DNA from: Candidatus Omnitrophota bacterium
Lineage (GTDB): Bacteria; Omnitrophota; Gorgyraeia; Gygaellales; Profunditerraquicolaceae
Direction of reading: 5' to 3'
DNA length: 64,000 nucleotides
Assembly: GCA_963805065.1 (NCBI GenBank)
Contig: CAWDSS010000010.1
Location: 339,696 to 403,695 of the forward strand
Part shown: positions 9,170 through 19,228 of the stretch, one piece after another
Position numbering within the stretch: position 1 is the first letter of the stretch
Layout: the number at the start of each line of letters is the position of its first letter
Notes under the pieces: generated by a model
What the model was told of the DNA's origin: nothing
The model's input: only the letters and a program-made list of their open reading frames with translations
The model's database searches: none
Made by a program: the position numbers and the translations under genes

Positions 9170-10096
9170 ATGAATAAACTGCGTGTAGGGGTAATAGGCG
9201 TAGGCCATTTAGGCAGCATTCACGCCAGGATTTATAAAGAAATTGACTCCTGTTGCCTGGTTGGCGTTTGCGATATTGATAAAGGCAAACTGGATGCCGC
9301 ATCTAAAGAACTGGGCGTAACCGGCTTTAGCGACCATAATCAGCTCTTTGATAAGGTTGATGCGGTTAGCATTGCTGTGCCTATCAGGCTGCATCATGCA
9401 GTAGCTACGGATTTCCTAAACCACAAAATTCATACCCTGGTTGAAAAACCATTCACAACTAACCTAAAAGAAGCGGATTCCTTAATTAAGCTGGCTAAGA
9501 AAAACAAGCTTACGCTTCAGGTCGGACATGTGGAAAGATTCAATTCTGCATTTTCCGCCACACATAAAATCATCAAAAACCCTAATTTTATCGAATGCCA
9601 CCGCCTGAGCCCCTTCCCCCATCGTTCATTGGACGTAGGCGTAGTATTAGACATCATGATTCATGATATAGATATAATACTGGGGTTAGTTCCTTCTAAG
9701 ATAAAAAGAATTGAATCCGTAGGCGTAAACGTACTCACTAGTTTTGAAGATATTGCTAACGCCCGCATCACGTTTAAAAACGGCTGTGTAGCGAACTTAA
9801 CTGCCAGCCGCGTTTCAGACGAAGTAATGCGTAAAATCAGAATTTTCCAGGAAAATACCTACATTTCTCTCGATTACAAAAATGCTGCTGCCAGCGTGTA
9901 TCGTAAGAATGGCGCGTCCATCAGTAAAGAAGACCTGCCCATTGAAAAAGAGCAACCTTTGCAAAAAGAATTGCAATCTTTTGTTGACTGCGTGATTGCC
10001 AACCAAGAACCGCTGGTTTCCGGCCCGGTAGCAAGAGATGCCCTGGCAGTAGCCTTAGAAATCCAAAATCAAATATGGCGCAAATCAAGATCCTGA
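9170..10096 (+). CDS. Gfo/Idh/MocA-family NAD-dependent oxidoreductase (possibly a UDP-GlcNAc 3-dehydrogenase-type lipid A enzyme)
   Basis: Rossmann N-terminus LRVGVIGVGHLGSIHA. It overlaps the lpxB start. ATG 9170 is preferred over the TTG at 9131. The specific function rests on context only. Confidence 0.7.
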   Translation: MNKLRVGVIGVGHLGSIHARIYKEIDSCCLVGVCDIDKGKLDAASKELGVTGFSDHNQLFDKVDAVSIAVPIRLHHAVATDFLNHKIHTLVEKPFTTNLKEADSLIKLAKKNKLTLQVGHVERFNSAFSATHKIIKNPNFIECHRLSPFPHRSLDVGVVLDIMIHDIDIILGLVPSKIKRIESVGVNVLTSFEDIANARITFKNGCVANLTASRVSDEVMRKIRIFQENTYISLDYKNAAASVYRKNGASISKEDLPIEKEQPLQKELQSFVDCVIANQEPLVSGPVARDALAVALEIQNQIWRKSRS

Positions 10097-11217
10097 TTGT
10101 CTGCGGCGAAGCCTCAGGCGATCTTAATGCCGCAAATCTCGCCAAAAAGATATTCGAACTGAATCCCGATACTAAAATTTATGCTGTAGGCGGGCCTCTC
10201 CTTCGTCAGGCAGGAGCGCAAGTTTTCTATGATATAAAAGGTATCTCAGTTATCGGCCTAATCGATGCCTTAAAAAAATTACCTAAGTTCTTTTCCCTAA
10301 AGAAATTGGTTTTGCAAAAGATATGCGATGAAAGGCCGGATGCGATAATTCTGGTTGATTTCTCGGGATTTAATTTGAGATTGGCAAAACAAATCAATAA
10401 AACAACTCCCACTATTTATTATGTCAGCCCCCAGGTCTGGGCATCCAGGCAAGGCAGGATAGAAAGCATAAGAAAATATACTCATAGGATGATCGTCCTG
10501 TTTAAATTTGAGGAGGAATTCTACAAACAACGCGGTATAGATGTAGATTTTGTCGGCCATCCTCTCTTGGACACCGTAAGGCCGTCAATGGAAAGAAAAG
10601 AATTCTGCGCTAAATTTAACATTAACAGCTCTAAAACTACCATTGCATTGTTACCAGGTTCGCGCAACACAGAAATTAAGAATATATTACCGGTGATGCT
10701 TGAAAGCGCATACCTTATCAATAAGAACTTGAAGGGTGCCCAATTCTTAATCGCAAAATCTCCCCAGGTAAGCCAGGATATTTACAATCAATTAATACAA
10801 GGCCTGGACTTAAACCTGAAATTAATCGAAGGTAAAACTTACGATTGCCTGAATATTTGTGATTTCGCGCTGGTAGCCTCGGGAACAGCAACCTTAGAAA
10901 CTGCGATACTGCAAAAACCCTTCGTGATAATTTATAAAATGAATTACCTGAATTATTTGCTTTACCGGCCGCAAGTTATGGTGCCTTTTATCGGAATAGT
11001 GAATATTATTGCGGGTAGAAAGATTATCCCTGAATTCGTACAATTTAATGCAACGGCAAAAAGAATTGCAGATCAGGTTTTAAAAACCCTGAAAGACCCT
11101 TCTGAAATAAACCGCATAAAAACCGACCTCAAACAAATCACCTCATCACTCGGCGAGCCAGGCGCAAGCCTGCGCGCCGCCAAAATCATCCTAAACCACC
11201 TCCATATCACCAGCTAA
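10075..11217 (+). CDS. lpxB: Lipid-A-disaccharide synthase
   Basis: 380 aa beginning KILIVCGEASGD, with YYVSPQVWAWR-like block YYVSPQVWASRQGR. Confidence 0.9.
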   Translation: MAQIKILIVCGEASGDLNAANLAKKIFELNPDTKIYAVGGPLLRQAGAQVFYDIKGISVIGLIDALKKLPKFFSLKKLVLQKICDERPDAIILVDFSGFNLRLAKQINKTTPTIYYVSPQVWASRQGRIESIRKYTHRMIVLFKFEEEFYKQRGIDVDFVGHPLLDTVRPSMERKEFCAKFNINSSKTTIALLPGSRNTEIKNILPVMLESAYLINKNLKGAQFLIAKSPQVSQDIYNQLIQGLDLNLKLIEGKTYDCLNICDFALVASGTATLETAILQKPFVIIYKMNYLNYLLYRPQVMVPFIGIVNIIAGRKIIPEFVQFNATAKRIADQVLKTLKDPSEINRIKTDLKQITSSLGEPGASLRAAKIILNHLHITS

Positions 11218-11267
11218 ACAATTAACTCACTAATGTATCTGCCGGTTTCCTTCCTCAATCGGTTTTT

Positions 11268-11431
11268 GCGGGTCCTGCCGAGGCTTGTTTTCGCAGCATC
11301 GCTCGATTTTCCCCAGCGTGGAAAATCTTCGCTCAAGCGGAAGCCTTCGCTCTTGGATACTTTTCTAACGAGGCAAACCATGCCCGCTCCGGCTTCCTTA
11401 TGTGCTGCTTAAATCAAGCCTCGTCACCCGC
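11268..11431. mobile_element. GC-rich MITE-like element, copy 1 (164 bp, no coding capacity)
   Basis: About 90% identical to the reverse complement of 45413-45577. It has roughly 25-bp imperfect terminal inverted repeats (GCGGGT..GAGGCA / TGCCTC..ACCCGC) and sits between convergent gene ends. Confidence 0.8.
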
Positions 11432-11558
11432 AAAAATTCAATTAGCCCTCGCTCAAAATCAGTCCAAAAGGACGCACTTGCCTATCCTTTAAGGCAAGGT
11501 GCCACCCGCTAATATACAAGGCGCTCGGAGAATGAATCTAATGGTTTTCAAGCGTATG

Positions 11559-11640
11559 GACGGGTGACTGACAAGCCGAAGCCCTTGCCGCGCGGAGCTT
11601 TTGCGAGCACGGCGAGGTGGCTTGGCAGGCAGGACCCGTC
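11559..11640. mobile_element. Short (82 bp) relative of the same MITE-like family
   Basis: Ends GACGGGTGACTGACAAGCC .. GGCTTGGCAGGCAGGACCCGTC show the same end architecture as the 164-bp copies. Confidence 0.6.
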
Positions 11641-11675
11641 CATTGGTGAGAAAACCGCCAGATTCATTAGATGAG

Positions 11676-12779
11676 TTATTGCTTGAATGCTTTGGCCATA
11701 TTGATACGTTCGTCAATGGGCGGGTGGTCGAAGAAATAGAATTTAATTACGGGGTGGGGGTTGCGGTCGGCAAGGTTTTGGTTGGCAAGCTTTTCCATCA
11801 TGGAAATAAAAGCATCTTTTAAGCCTGTGATGCGAAGCGCCAAAGCATCGGCATTCTTTTCGAATTTCCTGCTGATAAAGTTATTAAGCGGCTGCGAAAT
11901 TATTCCCAATAACAAGAAGTACAAAAAAACTACCGGCAAGGCAGCGATATCAGACAACGAACCAAGGCCAAACATTCCCAGGATCCGGCTATTGGTTAAG
12001 AATATAAGATAAAAAGTCAAAAACGTAACCAGGGAATTTACCAGTATGAGTTTTAGCAGGTGTTTTAGCTTGTAATGCGCGAATTCATGCGCCAGGATGA
12101 CTTCTATCTCATCATAGGTATATTTATCTTTCAATGTATCCGCAAGTACTATCCGCCTGGTTTTTCCCCACCCCATAAACGCAGCGTTTGCCTTAAGAGT
12201 CTTCTTGCTAAAATCTATTTCAAAACAATCGAAAACTTTTACTTCCATTTTATCCGCCAGGTTCATAATGCGGCTGCGCAAGGTTTCATCATGAAGCCTT
12301 TTATACTTAAAAAACAGGGGTACGATTATTGTCGGCGTAAGCCTTGCCAGAATTAAAGTAAAGAATACCCAAAACAGGGAAATTACCAGCCACCAGGTTC
12401 CAGGATAATGCCTTAACACATAGTAAAATGCCTGGAGTAATATGAATACTATAATAAAGGATATTATGCCTGACTTGGCTTCGTCGCTAATCCAATGTTT
12501 TATTTTTTGGTTGGATAAAGAAAACTTGTGTTCTAATACATAGGAGTGATAGAAATTAAAAGGCAGATTCAGGAAATAATACCCTAGGGAAATTACCAAA
12601 AGATACACCGCAATAACAAGATAATGATTTTGCGTAACCCTGGGGATTTTATCTGCTAAACCTTTTGATAAACCGGAATACAAAAATGCGGCGAGCAGTA
12701 CTAAAATATACAACGTTTCTATAATTGACAGGCTATATTTAATGGTGGAATATTGCTTAGCCTGGCTTGTGGCACTCAT
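11676..12779 (-). CDS. M48-family (Ste24/HtpX-like) membrane zinc metallopeptidase
   Basis: 367 aa, multi-TM, with HExxH motif HEFAHYKLKH. Confidence 0.85.
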   Translation of the reverse strand: MSATSQAKQYSTIKYSLSIIETLYILVLLAAFLYSGLSKGLADKIPRVTQNHYLVIAVYLLVISLGYYFLNLPFNFYHSYVLEHKFSLSNQKIKHWISDEAKSGIISFIIVFILLQAFYYVLRHYPGTWWLVISLFWVFFTLILARLTPTIIVPLFFKYKRLHDETLRSRIMNLADKMEVKVFDCFEIDFSKKTLKANAAFMGWGKTRRIVLADTLKDKYTYDEIEVILAHEFAHYKLKHLLKLILVNSLVTFLTFYLIFLTNSRILGMFGLGSLSDIAALPVVFLYFLLLGIISQPLNNFISRKFEKNADALALRITGLKDAFISMMEKLANQNLADRNPHPVIKFYFFDHPPIDERINMAKAFKQ

Positions 12780-13030
12780 TTTTTGCTGCTGGTTTCTTCT
12801 TTAACTGGTAAAACATTGATAAAGGTGCGTACCTTGCCGTGTGATGTCTTTTTCTTGGTAAAGTGTACCTTGCCGTTACACAAAGCATATAATGCACCTG
12901 CCCCTTTTACGTTAATGCCTGCTTTATAGGCGGCTACTCCTCTTACCAGGATATGCCCTGTGGTTACCAATTTACCTTCTGATACCTTGATCATTTGATC
13001 TTTTTTGGGTGTAGAAAAACCGCCTGTCAT
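12776..13030 (-). CDS. Divergent ribosomal protein L27-like protein
   Basis: GHILVRGVAAYKAGINVKGAGALYALCNGKVHF aligns with the bL27 core, but the conserved N-terminal AHKK-GGS and RQRG are missing. A good SD is present. Confidence 0.5.
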   Translation of the reverse strand: MTGGFSTPKKDQMIKVSEGKLVTTGHILVRGVAAYKAGINVKGAGALYALCNGKVHFTKKKTSHGKVRTFINVLPVKEETSSKK

Positions 13031-13080
13031 TAGCTCCTCCTTGATTTTAACTTTTGAAGTTAAATACTACCACATAATCC

Positions 13081-14475
13081 CTAATTAAGCAATACTTCTT
13101 CGTCTTTGGCTGGTAAATATACGTTTAGGCCTTTTTGCGCCAGGGCTTCGAATAAGGCCTGGGATTGTTCTTCGTCTCCGTGAACCAGGAAAATGCGTTT
13201 TAGCGGCAGGCACGCTGAAACAAAATCAGTAAGTTCAAGCTTATCCGCATGCCCGGAAAAAGAGTTAATTATTACTACTTCTGCATTAAGCTCGTATTCC
13301 ACTCCGAATATACGCACAATTCGCTCTCTTTCCACAATCCTTTTTCCCAATGTATTTTTTGCCATATAGCCTACAACCAGTATGGTATTTCTGGAATCCT
13401 CTATATTGTTTTTAAGGTGGTGCAGTATTCTTCCCGACTCACACATCCCGGAACCGGCGATAATAATCATCGGCCGCTTATCGTCATTAAGCCGTTTTGA
13501 TTCTTTCTGGTCGCGTACATATTTCAAATTCAGGAATTCAAATGGGCTGCTGCCTTGCCGAATTTCCTGGCGCGTCTTTTCGTCAAAATAAGACATATGA
13601 TATTTAAATACCTCTGTTATTTCACTTGCCAAGGGGCTATCAACGTATATGGGAATCGCCGGAATCGCCTTATCCTTAAACAGCTCATTTAAAAAATATA
13701 AGACTTCCTGTGTACGCTCCAGGGCAAATGAAGGTATAAGGATTTTTCCTTTACGCAGTACCGTTCGGTTAATTGCATCTTTGAGTTTTCCCTTAGCTTC
13801 TTCAATGGGAGCATGAAGCCTGCCTCCGTAAGTGCTCTCCATAATCAAATAATCCAGGCCTTTGGGGATAACCGGGTTGTTTAGCAGGGGCAGATTCTTT
13901 CTTCCCAAATCTACGGCATAGCCTAATTTTATGCGCCGCTCGCCGTCATTAATATCTAAAACAATAATACTTGAGCCTAGGATGTGCCCGGCATCAAGCA
14001 ACGTTACGTAAACATCTCCTGCCAAAGAGAATTTCTGGCCGTAGGCAAGGCTACGAAATCTCTTCGTAGCCTTTGCTGCTTCTTTTTTGGTATAAAGTGC
14101 AGCGCGCGGCGGTAACCCCAGCCTCTTGTTTATTTTATTCAAATATTTAACATCTTCTTCCTGAATCTTCCCGGAATCTTCAAGCATCAGCTTAGCCAAA
14201 TCCCTGGTTGCTGAAGTAGTGTAAATTTTACAACGTAAACCCTTTTTTATCACGCCGGGGATATTCCCGCAATGGTCGACATGCGCATGCGATAAAACAA
14301 ATGCATCGACCTTACGCGGGTTATAGTTAAAGGTAGCGTTTAACCGGTAAAATTCGTCACGGTGCCCCTGGAATAACCCGGCATCAAGCAAAATCTGGGA
14401 TTTATCGGTAATCACCAAGTGGCTAGAACCGGTTACGTTTCTTACTCCCCCTAGGAACTTTAAAGTTACAGACAT
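13081..14475 (-). CDS. MBL-fold beta-CASP hydrolase (RNase J/CPSF-like ribonuclease)
   Basis: 464 aa with HAHVDHCG motif and beta-CASP-like C-terminal half. Confidence 0.8.
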   Translation of the reverse strand: MSVTLKFLGGVRNVTGSSHLVITDKSQILLDAGLFQGHRDEFYRLNATFNYNPRKVDAFVLSHAHVDHCGNIPGVIKKGLRCKIYTTSATRDLAKLMLEDSGKIQEEDVKYLNKINKRLGLPPRAALYTKKEAAKATKRFRSLAYGQKFSLAGDVYVTLLDAGHILGSSIIVLDINDGERRIKLGYAVDLGRKNLPLLNNPVIPKGLDYLIMESTYGGRLHAPIEEAKGKLKDAINRTVLRKGKILIPSFALERTQEVLYFLNELFKDKAIPAIPIYVDSPLASEITEVFKYHMSYFDEKTRQEIRQGSSPFEFLNLKYVRDQKESKRLNDDKRPMIIIAGSGMCESGRILHHLKNNIEDSRNTILVVGYMAKNTLGKRIVERERIVRIFGVEYELNAEVVIINSFSGHADKLELTDFVSACLPLKRIFLVHGDEEQSQALFEALAQKGLNVYLPAKDEEVLLN

Positions 14476-14543
14476 TATAATTTACCTTTTATGTTTTTTT
14501 AAAACTGGATTTTACTCACATTGCTTCAGAATCAAGGGTGTCC

Positions 14544-16208
14544 CTATTTGTCGTAGGTGGAATAATAATAGGGGGTGAAGGCTTGGAATTCAGCTGCGCA
14601 GGTATCTACAAGCTTAAAGTCAGGTTCAAGATTAAGGTCTTTTCTTAAGGCATAAATCTCTTCTTCTTGCTTATCGGTAAGCCCGGCAATCTGCTTATCA
14701 CTAAAGCCGTATTGTTTGGCATTAATTAAAATGTCCGCATTGAGATTGCCCTTATTACTGATTATCTCTTTTTCCAGGTCTATAATTTCTTTAATGTTAT
14801 ACAAAAACCATCTGTCAATTTGCGTTAACTCATATATTTTTTCAATATCAATACCAGCCCTTAATGCATCACCGATATAAAATATTCTTTCGCAATTAGG
14901 TATTCTTAATTTCTGGAATATCTTATCCAGTATACCGTTATCTGTTTTAATGTCGCCTAAGTCTTTAAAAATGACGCTTTCCAAGCCGAACTTTTTTATT
15001 TCCAAAGACCGCAGCCCCTTTTGTAATGCCTCTTTGAATGTCCTTCCTATGGCCATGGCTTCTCCTACCGATTTCATGGAGACTGTCAGCGTAGAATCTG
15101 CCGAAGGAAATTTTTCAAAAGTAAAACGCGGAATCTTTACCACGCAATAATCTATTGCCGGCTCAAAACAAGCAGGAGTTTCGCGGGTAATATCATTGGG
15201 GATTTCATCCAGGGTATAACCCACGGCTAATTTCGCCGCAATCTTAGCAATAGGAAATCCTGTGGCCTTGGATGCCAAGGCCGAACTTCGAGATACTCGC
15301 GGGTTCATCTCAATAATAACCATCCTGCCCGTTATCAGGATTAATGGCAAATTGGATATTTGAACCGCCTGTTTCAACGCCTATCTCCCTGATGCAGGCA
15401 ATTGCCGCGTCGCGCATCTTCTGGTATTCTTTATCGGTTAATGTCTGGGCAGGCGCTACAGTAATGCTGTCTCCGGTATGCACTCCCATGGGGTCAAAAT
15501 TTTCAATGGAGCAGATGATAACCACATTATCTTTTAAATCCCGCATCACTTCCAGCTCAAATTCCTTCCAGCCGATAACCGATTCTTCAATAAGCATCTC
15601 GCTGATCATGCTTGATTCTAAGCCCGACTTTGCCTAATTCTCTAAATTCCTCTATATTATAGGCAACGCTCCCGCCTGTTCCTCCCAGAGTAAAACTCGG
15701 ACGGATAATCAAAGGAAAACCTATTGATTCTGCTACTTTGTAAGCCTGTTTTAAATTATGAGCCTCACCGCTCTTAGGTAAATCCAGGCCGATTTTTTTC
15801 ATTGCTTCTTTAAACAAATGCCTGTCTTCGCCTTTTTTAATCGCCTTTATATTTGCGCCGATGGTTTCTACTTTATATTTTTTTAATATCCCTTTTTCTG
15901 CCAACCCCACTGCCGTATTTAAAGCAGTCTGGCCGCCCAGAGTCGGCAAGAGCGCATCCGGCCTTTCTTTGGCAATGATCTTCTCTATCATCTCTACGGT
16001 AATCGGCTCAATATAAGTTTTGTCCGCTAATCTGCGGGTCAGTCATAATGGTAGCCGGATTTGAATTTACCAGAATAACTTTAAAGCCTTCCTGTTTTAA
16101 AACCTTGCAGGCCTGTGTCCCGGAATAATCAAATTCGCAGGCCTGGCTGATGACAATGGGCCCGGAGCCAATAATCAATATTTTCTTGATATCTGTTCTT
16201 TTAGGCAT
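14544..16208 (-). pseudogene. carB: Carbamoyl-phosphate synthase large subunit, N-terminal half only (split carB), with three frameshifts
   Basis: Four ORF-track pieces (16208-16008, 15991-15587, 15609-15310, 15377-14544) join into one CarB N-half that ends at DTCAAEF..YYSTYDK. The frame breaks are at about 16028, 15623-15625 and 15328-15330. Confidence 0.85.
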
Positions 16209-16227
16209 TTTCAGCTAACTTATAATT

Positions 16228-17308
16228 TTATTTTTTCATCATTCTTATAAATTCCTTAAACAAATAAACTGCATCATGCGGCCCGGGAGAAGCTTCAGGA
16301 TGGAACTGCACGGAAAATATAGGCAGCTTTTTATGCCGCATACCTTCCAGGGTATTATCATTTAAATTGATATGCGTTATCTCTATATCTTTTTTATTCA
16401 GCGAATTTATATCCACGCAAAACCCGTGATTTTGCACGGTAATCGAGACCTTGCCTGTCTTTAAATCTTTTACTGGATGGTTTGCTCCGTGATGGCCGAA
16501 TTTAAGTTTATAGGTTTTGCCTCCCAAGGCCAATCCCAGCATCTGATGGCCCAGGCAAATTCCAAATATGGGTAATTTTCCGATTAATTTTCTGGTTGTC
16601 TCTATTACATAATCTACGGCAGCCGGGTCACCCGGGCCGTTAGATAATAAAATACCCGTGCGGCTTCATGTCTAAGATTTCTTCTGCGCTAGTCTTGGCA
16701 GGCACAACCGCTACCTCGCAACCGTTACTTGCAAGTTCCCGTAAAATATTGTATTTAACTCCGCAATCAAGGACCACTACCCTGAAATTGCCCGGCTTAG
16801 CTTTATTCCAGCTGTACTTTTTACATCCTGTAACTTCCTTGACCAAATCTACGCCAATTAACCCCGCGGAATCCTTGGCTTTTTTGACCAGGCTTTTTTC
16901 ATCCAGTTCCCTAGTAGACAAAACCGCTTTCATTGCACCCTTAGTTCTTATATGCAAGGTGAGTTCCCGGGTATCTATGCCTTCAATGCCCAGTATATTA
17001 TTTTCTTTTAGATAATCTCCCAATGATTTATCTTTTCGCCAGTTGCTGGCGATCTTACTGTATTCCTTCACCACAAAACCTTCCACAAAAGGCCGGCGAG
17101 ACTCTACGTCTTCTTTATTGATCCCGTAATTGCCGATCAAAGGATATGTCATGGTTACGATCTGGCCTTTATATGAGGGATCGGTAATAATCTCCTGGTA
17201 ACCGCTCATGCTGGTATTAAAAACTACTTCACCAAAGCTTTCGCCGGTTGCGCCAAAAGACTTACCCCTAAAAATTTTTCCGTCTTCTAATGCTAATATA
17301 GCGTTCAT
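16228..17308 (-). pseudogene. carA: Carbamoyl-phosphate synthase small (glutaminase) subunit, with one frameshift
   Basis: The pieces are 17308-16640 and 16542-16228. The missing SNGPGDP..GICLGHQ segment is readable in another frame across 16543-16645. Confidence 0.85.
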
Positions 17309-17310
17309 TT

Positions 17311-17338
17311 TCAGCTTTCAGCTTTCAGCTTTCAGTCT
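17311..17338. repeat. Heptamer tandem repeat (TCAGCTT x3 plus one degenerate unit) abutting the carA start codon
   Basis: The minus sense reads AGCTGAA AGCTGAA AGCTGAA AATG. The string AGCTGAAAATG also precedes the carB start at 16208. Confidence 0.8.
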
Positions 17339-17391
17339 CAAGCTTACAGCTATCAACTGAGGGCTGACAGCTGACGACTAATAGCTAACTT

Positions 17392-19000
17392 TTATTTTTT
17401 TTGTGCCTCTAAAGCGGCTTTGATAAACTCTCTAAACAAAGGATGCACATTATCAGGCTTGGATTTGAATTCAGGATGGAATTGGACTGCCACAAAATAA
17501 GGGTGGCCTTTAAGCTCAATTATCTCAACCAGATTATTCTTGGGGTATATACCTGAAAAAACCATGCCCTTCTTTTCGAATATGTTTTTATATTTATTAT
17601 TAAATTCGTACCTGTGGCGATGGCGTTCCTGGATTGTCCCTTTTTTATAGACCGAGGAGTAGGCCTTAGAACCCTTCTTTATCTTACAGGGATACAAACC
17701 CAAACGCATTGTGCCGCCTAAGTCCTTGATGTTTTTTTGTTCTTCCAGCAAGCTGATCACAGGATAAAGTTTTCTTATTAAACTCGGTAGAGTTGGCGTT
17801 CTTTAACCCGCAGACGTTTCTTGCAAATTCAATCACCGCGCACTGCATACCCAGGCATAACCCTAAGAAAGGAATTTTTGCAACCCGCGCAAAATTTATT
17901 GCCTTTATCTTGCCTTCAATACCCCGGTAGCCAAAGCCTCCAGGCACAAGTACGCCTGAAACATTTTTCAAAAATTTAGCTGCTCCTGACTTTTCTATAT
18001 CCTCGGAGTCAACCCTATCAATCTCCACCTTGCAATTATTCGCTATGCCTGCGTGTGTTAAAGATTCATAGATAGATTTATAGGCGTCCTGCAGTTCTAT
18101 ATATTTGCCTACAAAGGCTATCCTTACTTTATCTTTCGGGTTAAGCACACGTTCTACTACGTTTTTTTCCCAATCTTTTAAATCCGAAGGTTTACTTATC
18201 AGATTAAAATGGCTTAAGATGATTTCATCAAGGATCTGATTCTTAAAAACTATCGGTATCTGATAAATGCTGTCCACATCCCGCGCTTCGATAACTGCTT
18301 CTTTGCGCACGTTACAAAACAACGATATCTTCTCTTTCACGTCGTCTGATAGGGCTTTCTCGGTGCGGCAAATTAAAATATCCGGCTGTATTCCTATCTC
18401 ACGCAAAGTCCCGACGCTGTGTTGAGTGGGTTTTGTCTTTATTTCTCCCGCAACTTTTATATATGGAACCAGAGTTAGGTGAATGTAGAGTACGTTTTGT
18501 CTTCCTACATCAGATAAAAACTGTCTTGCCGCCTCCAGAAATGGTAAACTCTCTATATCTCCTACCGTGCCGCCTATCTCAATAATGACGATTTGGGCTG
18601 CGGATACGCTGGCTACTTTCTTAACCCTCTCTTTTATTTCATGAGTAATATGAGGAATGACTTGTATGGTTTTACCCAGGTAATCTCCCCGTCTTTCTCT
18701 GGAAATAACAGCATTATAGACTTGGCCCGTAGTGGTATTGTTAAACTTGGTCATCTTTGCATGCGTGAATCTTTCGTAATGGCCAAGATCCAGGTCTGTT
18801 TCAGCTCCATCATCAGTTACATAAACCTCTCCGTGCTGATAAGGGCTCATCGTGCCCGGATCGACATTTATGTAAGGGTCAAACTTCATCAGGCTTACTT
18901 TCAAACCCCTCGATTCCAGGATTTTACCGATAGAAGCACTTGTAATGCCCTTTCCCAAGCTTGAAATAACCCCGCCCGTTATAAAGATATATTTGGTCAT
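17392..19000 (-). pseudogene. pyrG: CTP synthase, with one frameshift
   Basis: [18 protein letters not shown] from ATG 19000. The glutaminase half continues in the ORF at 17760-17392. The break is at about 17764-17768. Confidence 0.9.
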
Positions 19001-19011
19001 GGATTTTGTGA

Positions 19012-19121
19012 TCCCTCGCGTAAACGCTTGAAAATTACTTTGTAATTTTCTGCGCACGCTTCGGGATTAATTCACCCAGACAACTTACTCACACTTCGTG
19101 TTCGTAAGTTGTGGGTTCATT
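19012..19121. repeat. Composite hairpin repeat, type II (H4 + H1)
   Basis: H4 at 19012-19066 reads TCCCTCGCGTAAACGCTTGAAAATTAC-TTT-GTAATTTTCTGCGCACGCTTCGGGA. H1 lies at 19069-19121. A homologous module lies at 41827-41966. Confidence 0.8.
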
Positions 19122-19228
19122 AAGTCATGTGCTCATTAAAAAGGCGTCTGAAGCCGATTATACGGCTCCCAAACGCCCTTGTTTAGATTAGACTTAATCA
19201 TTTTGCTTATCAATTAGTATAACATATT

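Noticed and set aside
11489-11716. Short ORFs inside the GC-rich repeats (11489-11716, 11601-11822, 45427-45615, 45476-45727).
   Set aside because: They coincide with the MITE-like elements present in both orientations. Their Arg/Gly/Pro-rich products are typical of GC-rich non-coding DNA, and there is no RBS.
16640-16645. A prfB-like programmed +1 frameshift at ATC TAA C in carA.
   Set aside because: No upstream SD-like stimulator is present. The 17 break sites share no common heptamer and differ in sequence context. Simple one-base indels, or a TC dinucleotide loss here, restore the consensus protein.
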